From: a bacterium | Lineage (GTDB): Bacteria; Patescibacteriota; Saccharimonadia; Saccharimonadales; SZUA-47 | Assembly: GCA_043753565.1 (NCBI GenBank) | Contig: JAYUWM010000074.1 | Coordinates: 25,273-89,272, forward strand | DNA: 64,000 nt | Direction of reading: 5' to 3' | In this document: positions 19,054 through 28,274 of the stretch, piece after piece | Layout of the letters: every line of letters begins with the position of its first letter | Position numbering within the stretch: position 1 is the first letter of the stretch | Notes under the pieces: generated by a model | What the model was told of the DNA's origin: nothing | Seen by the model: the letters and a program-made list of their open reading frames with translations, nothing else | The model's database searches: none | Translations under genes and position numbers: made by a program

Positions 19054-19394
19054 ATTTAAAAATATACCAAGGAGCTACGTACTCTAAAAAAGTTATCTGG
19101 CAAGGCGGGACTCCCGTAGCTCCTATTAACCTTACTGGTTGTACAGCTAAAATGCACGTTAGAAGTAAGGCAGGCGACCCTAACCTACTTTTAGCCTTTA
19201 CTACAGAGAACGGCGGTATAGTACTTGGTGGTACAACAGGCTCTATTGAGTACTGTAAGCTTAGCGCTCTAGCGTCTGCTGCAATTACATGGCTTACAGG
19301 TGTGTACGATTTAAAAATTACCTTTCCTGATGGTACGGTTACCCGTAAAATATCAGGCAGTATAATTATATCTCCTGAGGTAACTAATGTCTGA
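19038..19394 (+). CDS. Ig-like tail adaptor protein (BppU-N-like), putative
   Basis: Pattern IYQGATY...W.......L.G......V.........[12 protein letters not shown]..(I)[10 protein letters not shown]. Confidence 0.45.
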   Translation: MSATINLKIYQGATYSKKVIWQGGTPVAPINLTGCTAKMHVRSKAGDPNLLLAFTTENGGIVLGGTTGSIEYCKLSALASAAITWLTGVYDLKITFPDGTVTRKISGSIIISPEVTNV

Positions 19395-19905
19395 TGAAGT
19401 ACTATTAGTATCAGAAACTCAATATTTCCTAGTAGATGGTACCACAGAGATATTAGTAAAAGAAGAAGGTACTGTTCAATTAATTGAACTTTATGAACAA
19501 GGCCCTCCCGGTCCTCAAGGTTCACTAGGTCTTACAGGACCTAGTGGACCTATTGGAATACAGGGACCTATAGGCCCCGTAGGCTTCACGGGGGCTATAG
19601 GTCTTACAGGTGCAACAGGCCTTACAGGTGCGCAGGGTCCTATAGGGGTAACTGGAGATACAGGGCCCACAGGACTTACCGGAGCCACAGGTCTTACAGG
19701 AGCTGCAGGTGACCTAAATTATAAGCATGTCCAAGGGCCTGCTTCAGCAGACTGGCTAGTGACGCATAATCTCGGCAAATTTCCTTCAGTTACTATAGTT
19801 GATAGTGCTGGCGAAGAGGTTGAAGGGTCTGTTCAACATATTAATAATAGCAGCCTAAGAATTCTATTTTCTGCTGGATTCACAGGTACTGCGTACCTAA
19901 ACTAA
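19387..19905 (+). CDS. collagen-like repeat fibre protein
   Basis: About 26 uninterrupted G-X-Y triplets ([19 protein letters not shown]...), then a C-terminal domain paralogous to 26986..27303. Confidence 0.75.
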   Translation: MSDEVLLVSETQYFLVDGTTEILVKEEGTVQLIELYEQGPPGPQGSLGLTGPSGPIGIQGPIGPVGFTGAIGLTGATGLTGAQGPIGVTGDTGPTGLTGATGLTGAAGDLNYKHVQGPASADWLVTHNLGKFPSVTIVDSAGEEVEGSVQHINNSSLRILFSAGFTGTAYLN

Positions 19906-19917
19906 TCGGAGTACATT

Positions 19918-21165
19918 ATGAGTCGCAAATTTCTTGCCCACATCAATCTAGCTAAAAACGAGATTCAAAACGCTATTATCCAGAATTTGGCTACAGCTCC
20001 TGCTGCACCGATTCCTGGACAGATTTATTACAATACTACGTCAGGTCGTTTTGAGTACTACAGTGCGGCTGCTTGGGTAGACCCAACCTCTAGAGCTAAT
20101 CATACTGGTACACAGCCTGTAGCCACAATTACAGGTCTTGCAGCTATAGCTACTAGTGGCTCTGCTGCTGATCTAAGCGCGGGAACACTACCAGCAGCTC
20201 GTTTTGATGACGTAGCTCACGGAGCCCGGGCTGGCGGTACTACACACTCTGTTGTATTAGCTGCAGGTGCTGCAGGTTTTATGACTGGAGCAGACAAGAC
20301 TAAGCTAGATGGCGTAGCCGCAGGTGCGACTGCTAACAGCACAGACGCTATCTTGCTCGCACGCGCTAATCATACAGGTACACAACTAGCCGCTACTATT
20401 AGTAACTTCGATACTCAGGTACGTACTAGTAGCATAGCGCAAATGACTGCACCTATAGCTTCTGTAAACGTGGGTGGTCAGTTACTAATCAACGTAGCTA
20501 CCCCCGTTTCGGCTACAGACGCTACTAATAAAGGTTACGTAGATGCACTAGTCAACGGTACTGACTGGAAACTATCTGTACGCGTTGCTTCTACAGCAAA
20601 TAGCTTGCTGTCTGGATTGTTGACACTTGACGGCATTACGGTAGCAGCAGGCGACCGCGTTCTACTAAAAAATCAGACAGTAGGTGCTGAAAACGGTATC
20701 TACGTGGCGTCTTCGGGTGCTTGGACAAGAGCTACAGATGCTGACGTAAGCGCAGAAGTAACGTCTGGCATGGCTATGATGGTCACCGAAGGTACTACGC
20801 AAGGCGACACTCAGTGGGTATTAACTACCAATGACCCTATCGTTATTGGTACTACAGCACTTGTATTTGCCCAAATCGGGGGAAGCACGAGCTACACTGC
20901 AAGTACTGGTATATCTATTACAGGTAACTCGATTGCTATAGATACTGCAGTAGTGGCTCGCAAATTTGCAGCTCTTGTTGGTGCAGGTACATCAGTTGCA
21001 ATTACGCATAACTTAAACACCTTAGACGTAACAGTGCAAGTGTACGAAGTAGCTGACGGGGCAACTGTTGAGTGTGATGTAATACGTAACACAGTAAATC
21101 AAGTTACATTAGGCTTCGCAATAGCTGTTGTTGCCAGCGCATTCCGAGTTGTTGTACAAGGCTAA
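19918..21165 (+). CDS. tail fibre protein
   Basis: Two RANHTGTQ repeats, a GADKTKLDG motif, and N- and C-termini paralogous to 27314..27706. Confidence 0.7.
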   Translation: MSRKFLAHINLAKNEIQNAIIQNLATAPAAPIPGQIYYNTTSGRFEYYSAAAWVDPTSRANHTGTQPVATITGLAAIATSGSAADLSAGTLPAARFDDVAHGARAGGTTHSVVLAAGAAGFMTGADKTKLDGVAAGATANSTDAILLARANHTGTQLAATISNFDTQVRTSSIAQMTAPIASVNVGGQLLINVATPVSATDATNKGYVDALVNGTDWKLSVRVASTANSLLSGLLTLDGITVAAGDRVLLKNQTVGAENGIYVASSGAWTRATDADVSAEVTSGMAMMVTEGTTQGDTQWVLTTNDPIVIGTTALVFAQIGGSTSYTASTGISITGNSIAIDTAVVARKFAALVGAGTSVAITHNLNTLDVTVQVYEVADGATVECDVIRNTVNQVTLGFAIAVVASAFRVVVQG

Positions 21166-21168
21166 AAT

Positions 21169-21690
21169 ATGGCTAAGAAAGTTCTGGGATATGAGGCCCT
21201 TGCGTCCCTTGCTATAGCAGCAGGGGCACTAACACCAAACCCTGGAATTATAGGTGTCCAGGTTTGGAGCACCACTTTAGCAGCCCCCGTAAGCTGGAAT
21301 GGTACTAGCTGGAATGCGGCGGGTTCTGGAGGAACTGTGGCCGCAAGTTCGGTAACGAACGTTCCAGCGAATGGTATCGTTGCAACAAACGTGCAGGCTG
21401 CTATCGACGAACTAGCTACCAAACCTAGCAGAGTGGTCGTGACTACCAGCGCTAACACCACAATGGCTTTAGTAAGCAACACGGACTATGTGTACTTTGT
21501 TGCTGGCGCACACCTAATTAGTCTTCCGTCACCAAATACAAATCGGTACACGGTCAAGAACAACCACTCAGCTGATATTACCATAGACACAGCAGGAGTT
21601 GAACTAATAGAGGGAGCAGCCAGTATTTCTATTAGACCAGAAAGCTCTGTTGATCTTGTCTCTAACGGTACAAATTGGTTCGTAATTTAA
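21169..21690 (+). CDS. fibre/spike-associated protein (putative)
   Basis: 173 aa; contains NVQAAIDELATK, a motif shared with the fibre genes. Confidence 0.5.
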   Translation: MAKKVLGYEALASLAIAAGALTPNPGIIGVQVWSTTLAAPVSWNGTSWNAAGSGGTVAASSVTNVPANGIVATNVQAAIDELATKPSRVVVTTSANTTMALVSNTDYVYFVAGAHLISLPSPNTNRYTVKNNHSADITIDTAGVELIEGAASISIRPESSVDLVSNGTNWFVI

Positions 21691-21702
21691 CGAGAACATC
21701 AT

Positions 21703-23085
21703 ATGGCATATACCCCCCAAAACCCAAATGGGCAAGCTATAGCAGCAGCTAGCTCCCCTGTAGTCTTAGCATCTAATCAAAGTGCAGTACCTGTCACAGG
21801 TCCACTAACAGACACCCAATTACGTACAACTCCTGTTGCGATCTCAGGCTCCATTGCAAACACTAGTTTTTCCGTCAATAACAACGGTGTTGTTTCCACG
21901 GTCAACAGTTCCGCCGTTGCGCTGGGTATAGGGGCTCTGTTCACAGGTTCATCCGAGGACGTAACAGAGCAGGCGGATGTGCGGGTCAGCGTTTTCACGG
22001 ATCAAGCCAGTGCTGTCGATGGCCTGCAATTACAGCAGTCCAGCAATGGCACAAACTGGGACATTGTTGATAGCTACACAGTGCCTGCCAACGCAGGCAA
22101 AACCTTTAGCGTAGGTGTTTCTGCCAAGTTTTTCCGCGTTGTTTACACCAATGGCGGGGTAGCGCAAACTCTATTTCGCTTACAGGTCAAATACCACAAG
22201 ACCTACAGCAAAGGCTCGTCCGTTCGTCCGCAAGATGCAAGAACCAACGACAACGACATGGAGGAGCAACTTGCGCATCTTCTAGGGTTTAATGGCGTAA
22301 GTTGGGATAGGTTACGTAGTACTGTAGCTAATGGCTTGGCGGTAGATGTGACCCGCTTGCCTGCTTTGGTAACAGGTGCTGCAGTAATCGGCGCTTTGGT
22401 GGCGAACCAGTCTGTCAACAAAGCACAGATTAATGGTGTCGTGCCTTTGATGGGCAACGGTATCACAGGTACAGGTAGCCAGCGGGTCACAATTGCATCA
22501 GATAACACAGCATTTCCAGTTAACGCAACTCTTGCAGCTGAGACGACTAAGATCATAGGTACCGTCAACAGCTCCGTAAAAGCAACCTATAGAGCATCCA
22601 CCATTATTCCTTTAGTGGCGGCAGTAACGGTTAATGTACCCTTCCTAAACATTATTGGGTCGGCTACCAAGACTATCACAGTAAAACGTATCAGAGTATC
22701 TGGTATGACGCTAACTGCTGTCGGATACTTTGCAATCAATGTGGAAAAGCTTTCATCGGCGTCTACTTTGGGTACTTTTTCAACCCTTGTGGCTACATCA
22801 TTGGATACCAATAATGCAGTCGTTACGGCGGTAGTCAAGGCGTACACAGCAGCACCAACAAAAGGTACATTAGTTGGCACCATTGCAAGCCATCGAACAC
22901 TTTGGCAAGCAACGGTAGCAGCAGCAGCGGGCGTCACAGACGACACCATATTTGAGTTTGGGAATGCTGGAGATGTACAAGGAGTCGTTTTACGTGGAGC
23001 TGCACAAGAATTGGCCATGACTTTCCCTGTGGTATTGGCATCAGCAGGTACTCTAGCAATAAGCATTGAGTGGACCGAGGAATAA
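21703..23085 (+). CDS. hypothetical structural protein
   Basis: 460-aa ORF in the late block. Confidence 0.5.
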   Translation: MAYTPQNPNGQAIAAASSPVVLASNQSAVPVTGPLTDTQLRTTPVAISGSIANTSFSVNNNGVVSTVNSSAVALGIGALFTGSSEDVTEQADVRVSVFTDQASAVDGLQLQQSSNGTNWDIVDSYTVPANAGKTFSVGVSAKFFRVVYTNGGVAQTLFRLQVKYHKTYSKGSSVRPQDARTNDNDMEEQLAHLLGFNGVSWDRLRSTVANGLAVDVTRLPALVTGAAVIGALVANQSVNKAQINGVVPLMGNGITGTGSQRVTIASDNTAFPVNATLAAETTKIIGTVNSSVKATYRASTIIPLVAAVTVNVPFLNIIGSATKTITVKRIRVSGMTLTAVGYFAINVEKLSSASTLGTFSTLVATSLDTNNAVVTAVVKAYTAAPTKGTLVGTIASHRTLWQATVAAAAGVTDDTIFEFGNAGDVQGVVLRGAAQELAMTFPVVLASAGTLAISIEWTEE

Positions 23086-23086
23086 A

Positions 23087-23476
23087 ATGATACTATCTCC
23101 TCTTTTAATTAAATGGGCAGGAGTAGGGCTAGTAATAGCAGCTCTACTATTTGGTGCACGCTCGGTATACTCTAATATCAAAGAGTCGGGGTACCAAGAA
23201 GCTGCTACTAAGTATCAACTAGTAATTGATAAACAGCAAGACGTAATTGACGCTAAACTGAAGAATATTGAAGAGCTGTCCCACTTACTAGTCACAGAAA
23301 GCAGAGTTTCAAACACCTTACTAGCAGCCAATGTTTCTAGTATTCTTACAAAAGTAAAGGGTGTTCCGCTTGTTGTTGTAAAAGACGGCAAGTGTACTCC
23401 ATCACAAACTTTTTCGGATACTATAGATGCGGTAAACAAACGCGTAAATGAGAGTATAAAGGAGAGTCAAAAGTGA
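23087..23476 (+). CDS. i-spanin (Rz-like), putative
   Basis: Start at ATG 23087, after GAGG. N-terminal TM helix plus a periplasmic coiled coil; overlaps the lipoprotein gene. Confidence 0.55.
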   Translation: MILSPLLIKWAGVGLVIAALLFGARSVYSNIKESGYQEAATKYQLVIDKQQDVIDAKLKNIEELSHLLVTESRVSNTLLAANVSSILTKVKGVPLVVVKDGKCTPSQTFSDTIDAVNKRVNESIKESQK

Positions 23477-23745
23477 AAATTATCCTTATACTAATTCTCT
23501 CATTATTTTTATCGGCGTGCGGAGTTTTCAAAAAAGACCCTGGCCCTGTTGTTTATACGAATGAACCTGTTCAAATAAACAAAGAAGCTTTAGAGCACTG
23601 TAGCCTTTTAAAAGAAGGTTTGGTAATAACTACTTTTGAAGATGCCCTACTAGCTTACTCTGATGTTGCAACCTTATACGCAACATGCAGCAACAAACAA
23701 GCTACTAGTATTAAGTTATTAAAACAATTCGGAGGTACTAAATAA
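23473..23745 (+). CDS. o-spanin lipoprotein (Rz1-like), putative
   Basis: GTG start overlaps the upstream stop. Lipobox LFLSAC at the end of the signal peptide. Confidence 0.65.
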   Translation: MKIILILILSLFLSACGVFKKDPGPVVYTNEPVQINKEALEHCSLLKEGLVITTFEDALLAYSDVATLYATCSNKQATSIKLLKQFGGTK

Positions 23746-23945
23746 TGGACTTAGAAAAAATAGGTGGGCGCAAGTTCATTATTTCTATGCTTATAGGAGC
23801 AGCTAGCACCATTTTAATGTGGTTTGCAAAAATTGGAGATTCTGCGTATACTACAATTATATTAGGTACTGTAGCTGCGTATATTACTGGAAATACCTAT
23901 GAGAAAGTAAAAACAAATGCAACTGAGCAAGCACTTCTCCCTTGA
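23745..23945 (+). CDS. holin, putative
   Basis: 66 aa with two hydrophobic helices, immediately upstream of the endolysin. Confidence 0.5.
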   Translation: MDLEKIGGRKFIISMLIGAASTILMWFAKIGDSAYTTIILGTVAAYITGNTYEKVKTNATEQALLP

Positions 23946-24348
23946 GGAGCTTACCTTCAGCCAAACAGCTGTACGTAATAAAATTGATAATGTTCCTACG
24001 GGGGCAGATTTAGCAGCTTTAACTAATACTGCTCAACAGATGGAATTAGTAAGAATATTGCTTAATAACCCTATTAGTATTAATAGCGGTTACCGATCGG
24101 CAGCACTTAATAAAGCCATTAAAGGCTCTTCTAAAACAAGCCAACATATGATAGGTGAAGCAGTAGACTTTACTTGTCGCGGTTTTGGTACTCCAAAACA
24201 AGTTGTTGAGAAAATAAAGAATTCTAACATAGAGTTTGATCAGTTAATCTATGAGTTTGAAAGCTGGGTACATATTAGTTTTACTAGTAAAAAGCCCCGT
24301 AAGCAGATTCTAACAATAGATCATAGCGGCACAAGAATTTTTGCATAA
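23917..24348 (+). CDS. endolysin, peptidase M15 family (L-alanyl-D-glutamate peptidase-like)
   Basis: FSLEELT...SGYRS..LN.....S.H..G.A.DF pattern typical of Peptidase_M15_3. Confidence 0.75.
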   Translation: MQLSKHFSLEELTFSQTAVRNKIDNVPTGADLAALTNTAQQMELVRILLNNPISINSGYRSAALNKAIKGSSKTSQHMIGEAVDFTCRGFGTPKQVVEKIKNSNIEFDQLIYEFESWVHISFTSKKPRKQILTIDHSGTRIFA

Positions 24349-24362
24349 CCTAAGGATACATA

Positions 24363-25106
24363 ATGGCAAGAAATAGTGGTAAAACGCAACGTACTTTTCC
24401 AGCAAAGAAATCCTATAGTCCTAGCCAAGAAGAGAAATCTCAGGCACGTAAGGCTACAAAAGGAGTTGAGTATCAATCTAACCACTCATTTAAGGAAGTA
24501 GTTCCGCTAAATGAGATTCAATCAAATTACCTTGATGCTATTAAGCACAATGATGTAATTTTGGGGGTTGGCTCAGCTGGAACAGGTAAGACGTTTATAG
24601 CAGCTAGTTATGCTGCTTCGGAGTTATTTCATCGTAGAGTAAATAAGATTATTCTTACAAGACCTAACGTAGAAACTGGACGAGGTCTAGGATTCTTACC
24701 AGGTACTCTAGAAGAGAAATACGCTCCTTATCTACTACCTTTTGACAATATATTTACCAAAGCTTTGGGTAAAGGTTTTTATGAATACGCCCTTAAAAAC
24801 AAAGATATTGAACCTACACCACTAGGTTTCTTGCGAGGTACTACATTTGAAAACTGTATTGTACTATTAGACGAAGCGCAGAACTGTACTAAAGAAGAAA
24901 TGAAAATGCTTCTTAGCCGTATAGGTAAAAATTGCAAAATGATTATTTCCGGTGACACCGAGCAAGCAGACATTGAGTACTCAGGACTAGATGACGCTAT
25001 CAATCGTTTAGAAGGAATTTCAGGAATTGAAGTAATTGAATTCTTGGATGAAGATATTGTACGCAGCAAAATGTGTAAACAGATTATTATGGCCTATAGA
25101 GGTTAA
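24363..25106 (+). CDS. phoH: PhoH-like ATPase
   Basis: Walker A GSAGTGKTF, LDEAQN, and ISGDTEQ motifs. Confidence 0.85.
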   Translation: MARNSGKTQRTFPAKKSYSPSQEEKSQARKATKGVEYQSNHSFKEVVPLNEIQSNYLDAIKHNDVILGVGSAGTGKTFIAASYAASELFHRRVNKIILTRPNVETGRGLGFLPGTLEEKYAPYLLPFDNIFTKALGKGFYEYALKNKDIEPTPLGFLRGTTFENCIVLLDEAQNCTKEEMKMLLSRIGKNCKMIISGDTEQADIEYSGLDDAINRLEGISGIEVIEFLDEDIVRSKMCKQIIMAYRG

Positions 25107-25115
25107 GGAATAGAA

Positions 25116-25337
25116 ATGACTTATTTATATAAAAGTACTACAGGTACTACAGTTAACATTGGATCTTATGTTATCTCGATCTTTGGTCTTGAACTAGATG
25201 AAAGAGTTGCTGAACTAGACGCAGAAGTAGGCATCAGCCTATCCATAGATTCAGAAGCGGTAGAAGCTGCGGAGGAGCCTGCTATTGTAGTACCCCCAGT
25301 TGTAGTACCCCCAGTTGCAGTACCTACAGGTAAATAA
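25116..25337 (+). CDS. hypothetical protein
   Basis: 73 aa; C-terminal VVPPVVVPPVAVP repeat. Confidence 0.45.
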   Translation: MTYLYKSTTGTTVNIGSYVISIFGLELDERVAELDAEVGISLSIDSEAVEAAEEPAIVVPPVVVPPVAVPTGK

Positions 25338-25341
25338 AAAA

Positions 25342-25375
25342 AGCCCCTATAACAGAAAATTATAGGGGCTTTTTT
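25342..25375 (+). terminator. rho-independent terminator
   Basis: Stem agcccctata/tataggggct followed by TTTTT. Confidence 0.8.
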
Positions 25376-25442
25376 ACGCCTATATTTAGTAGCTTACAAA
25401 ATTTCGCTCCTTGCAGAAATAGGGGCATTAAAAAAATGCAGG

Positions 25443-25471
25443 TTGACAAATTTTTGGTAAAGTAGTATAAT
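25443..25471 (+). promoter_or_regulatory. sigma70-type promoter (TTGACA-17-TATAAT)
   Basis: -35 at 25443-25448, -10 at 25466-25471. Confidence 0.75.
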
Positions 25472-25564
25472 TGTTGCATAAGTTAAAATAGGTAGGAATT
25501 TTTGTAAGCAGAAATTAATGCCTACTACGTTTTGCTCTTAAATTTAACCTAAAGGACGCTGTCA

Positions 25565-26824
25565 ATGTGGGCATTAGATAGTCCAGGTAGTAATACTACC
25601 AATAAAGTTGTAATACCTACTGGCGGTATTATATCAGTATCCAAGCCAGATAGTGTAACAGTGTATCCTTATGTAAATGATAGTACGGCAGCAACGCCGC
25701 ATATTCATGTCGCCGAAGGAGACACGGTATACTTTAAACTCTTAGGAACTTCAGATACACCTGTAACTGTAAGTTTCGACTATAACGGCGTAACTAGTAC
25801 AGTTGAAGTACCTGCCGCTAACACAAGCGCACTATTTGGCGCATATTCTACTAAGGAAAATATTATGACAGGTTCAGAAGCAATCAATCTATTTGCTAAT
25901 CCAAATAACGGAGGCAACATGGGTGGGGCCGGTGCAGGGCTAGGTGCAGGGCTACTAGGAGGTATTATAGGAGGTACTATTCTTAACAACCGTGGAGGTT
26001 TAGGCGACAACGTAGGCGGAATTGTTACACCTACAATGCTTACTGCGGCTTTGGGTCAAGTGCAGGACAATACAAATGCAGCAGTAGCCGCATCTGAACG
26101 CCTAAACATGGCAAGATTTGACGCTGATAGTCAACGTGAAATTCAGGCAACTATTGAGCGTACAGCTGCTGCAACTCAATTAGCCAACGCAGTACAAACA
26201 GGTGCTCTAGGTGTTAGCGTTATTAAAGGTCAGGGTGAGATCACTACTCAAGTTGCCTTAACTACTGGTAGCCTAAATACACAAAATGCTCTTAATTCTG
26301 CAGCCACGCAAACTCTAGTACAAAAAGTTGGTGGTGATCTAGGTGTTCAAGTAGCCCTCGGGCAGTCCGCTCTAGGTATGGCTATTGAACGTAATGCTGC
26401 TGCTTCTGCTTTAGCATTCAAAGATAGTGCTATTTTAGCTCTGCAAAATAGCAATAGCTTAGACAATGCAATTAAAGCCGACGGTGACCAGACTCGTGCT
26501 TTAATTGTAGCTCAAAATGACGCTGCTTTAAACCGTATGCTAACTACTGCTCAAGCTGAGATTATTGAGTTGCGCGGCGACCGTACTGCAAGCCTACGTA
26601 GTCGTGAAGTAGAAGTTAATGTAACGCAGTCTGTTAACCAGAACCAGATGCAACTACAAGCACAGCAGCAGCAGCAGCAGCAAGCTGTGTTGAATGCACA
26701 GATTGTTAGTGCACTACACGGCCTTCAGGTGGCTACTGCAACTAACCAACAATTAATTATTGGTAACAGTGGCATTACTACTGGCGGACCTCAGACAGCT
26801 AATCCGGTAAACGTACGCGCCTAA
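25565..26824 (+). CDS. hypothetical virion protein (Gly-rich and Gln-rich segments)
   Basis: 419 aa; contains GGNMGGAGAGLGAGLLGGIIGG and a QQQQQQQ tract. AAAGGA RBS. Confidence 0.5.
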   Translation: MWALDSPGSNTTNKVVIPTGGIISVSKPDSVTVYPYVNDSTAATPHIHVAEGDTVYFKLLGTSDTPVTVSFDYNGVTSTVEVPAANTSALFGAYSTKENIMTGSEAINLFANPNNGGNMGGAGAGLGAGLLGGIIGGTILNNRGGLGDNVGGIVTPTMLTAALGQVQDNTNAAVAASERLNMARFDADSQREIQATIERTAAATQLANAVQTGALGVSVIKGQGEITTQVALTTGSLNTQNALNSAATQTLVQKVGGDLGVQVALGQSALGMAIERNAAASALAFKDSAILALQNSNSLDNAIKADGDQTRALIVAQNDAALNRMLTTAQAEIIELRGDRTASLRSREVEVNVTQSVNQNQMQLQAQQQQQQQAVLNAQIVSALHGLQVATATNQQLIIGNSGITTGGPQTANPVNVRA

Positions 26825-26985
26825 TCTCTGGGGCAGTGGCCGAAATTGTGAAACAAACCATAATATTCGAAAGTGAACTCGAAAGAGAGATCAGAGAGTA
26901 CTATGCAGAGATTCAAGATGAGCTATATGTACTACGTAGACTTATAAAGCCTACGTAGTATAACAACTAATAAACTGAAGCTAGT

Positions 26986-27303
26986 ATGTTAATATCGCAA
27001 TTACAAAGTATGGAAAGCATACTTCAACAGCAGTTTCTAATAAGGTTTTATAATAGACCTATGCTTACGTACGCTACGCAGTGCACGTCCAGTTCGGCTT
27101 CCAAAGATTCTACGTATATTTTTACACAAGCAGTGGCTGCCAGGACCTGGACTATTAATCATAACTTAGGGCAATTTCCTTCAGTTACTATAGTAGACAA
27201 TTCTGGTAACGTAGTATTAGCACAGATACAGTATATTAATAGTAATCAAATAGTGCTTAGTTTTTCCCAACCATTTGCAGGTAGTGCATATTTGAACGTT
27301 TAA
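26986..27303 (+). CDS. fibre C-terminal-domain paralogue (small)
   Basis: [21 protein letters not shown]...SQPFAGSAYLN matches the C-terminus of 19387..19905. Start codon is uncertain. Confidence 0.5.
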   Translation: MLISQLQSMESILQQQFLIRFYNRPMLTYATQCTSSSASKDSTYIFTQAVAARTWTINHNLGQFPSVTIVDNSGNVVLAQIQYINSNQIVLSFSQPFAGSAYLNV

Positions 27304-27313
27304 GGAGCCTGTT

Positions 27314-27706
27314 ATGGCGTATGAAATTTTTACCCCTATTGATTTAAACCAGAATGAAATAGAAGGACTAGTCCTAGATAATTTAGTAACTGCGCCCGTT
27401 ACTCCAGTTCCGGGCCAGGCTTATTTTGATACCTTACTAGGATACGCTAGAATATGGAATGGCACTAGTTGGACCGGTCTTAGCGGTTTAGGGTCTAAGT
27501 TTGTTGCTGATGTTGGCAACGGTTTAGGGTCAGTATTTGTAGTAACTCATAATTTAAATACAAAAGATTTTGTGGCGTCTGTTTTTGATAGCGTTACTTC
27601 TAACGAGGTTTTAGCGGTAGTAAACCACACTACAATTAATACTGCCACTATCACATTCTCAACAATACCACTACTTAACCAATATAGAGTAACTATATTG
27701 GCATAA
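27314..27706 (+). CDS. mini tail-fibre paralogue
   Basis: N-terminus (IDLNQNEIEGLVLDNLVTAPVTPVPGQAYFD) and C-terminus (VTHNLNTKDF) match 19918..21165. Confidence 0.55.
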   Translation: MAYEIFTPIDLNQNEIEGLVLDNLVTAPVTPVPGQAYFDTLLGYARIWNGTSWTGLSGLGSKFVADVGNGLGSVFVVTHNLNTKDFVASVFDSVTSNEVLAVVNHTTINTATITFSTIPLLNQYRVTILA

Positions 27707-27733
27707 GTTACTGAACTAACTATTAAGGATAAT

Positions 27734-27850
27734 ATGGATGCTTCTATTAGGCTACTGTATACATTAATTCAAGAACAACAACAACTAACCCAGCTAGCTC
27801 TAGAGATGCAGCGTAAACTAATAGACCTAATGATAGGGCGATATGCTTAA
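27734..27850 (+). CDS. small hypothetical protein (38 aa)
   Basis: ATG after GGATAA; overlaps the next start by 8 nt. Below the ORF-track cutoff. Confidence 0.3.
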   Translation: MDASIRLLYTLIQEQQQLTQLALEMQRKLIDLMIGRYA

Positions 27851-28238
27851 TCAATTATTAAAAGTAATGACCCCAGATATGATTATAGAAGCTATAAAAG
27901 GCAACCCTATTATAGTTATGGAAACTTTACAAAAGTTTGATACTTTTAAATTACTGGGTCAAGCACTGACCCCTGATTTGCAGGTTGTATTATCTAATAA
28001 TGGTAGATTAATTAATCCTTACTTAAGTAGCTCAGAAGGCGTATCCGCCATTAAAGTCTGGGCAGAGGGGTTTTCTACATTTGTTGATAGGCAGAAACCC
28101 TTTCCCGAAGCTACTAAAAGTAGTGTAGAGGATAGCTTACGTAGTGAGCTAACTGCAAAGATTAGGCAAGAAATATTAGTCGAAATGAGAGAACTAGAGC
28201 TGAAAAAAGCAATAGACAGTTTACCAAAGAAAAAGTAA
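27843..28238 (+). CDS. hypothetical protein
   Basis: 131-aa ORF, last + strand gene before the convergent terminator. Confidence 0.5.
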   Translation: MLNQLLKVMTPDMIIEAIKGNPIIVMETLQKFDTFKLLGQALTPDLQVVLSNNGRLINPYLSSSEGVSAIKVWAEGFSTFVDRQKPFPEATKSSVEDSLRSELTAKIRQEILVEMRELELKKAIDSLPKKK

Positions 28239-28274
28239 AAAAGCCCGCTTAGAGCAATCTAAGCGGGCTTTTTT
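28237..28274. terminator. bidirectional rho-independent terminator
   Basis: Stem agcccgcttag/ctaagcgggct flanked by an A-run and a T-run, between convergent gene blocks. Confidence 0.8.
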
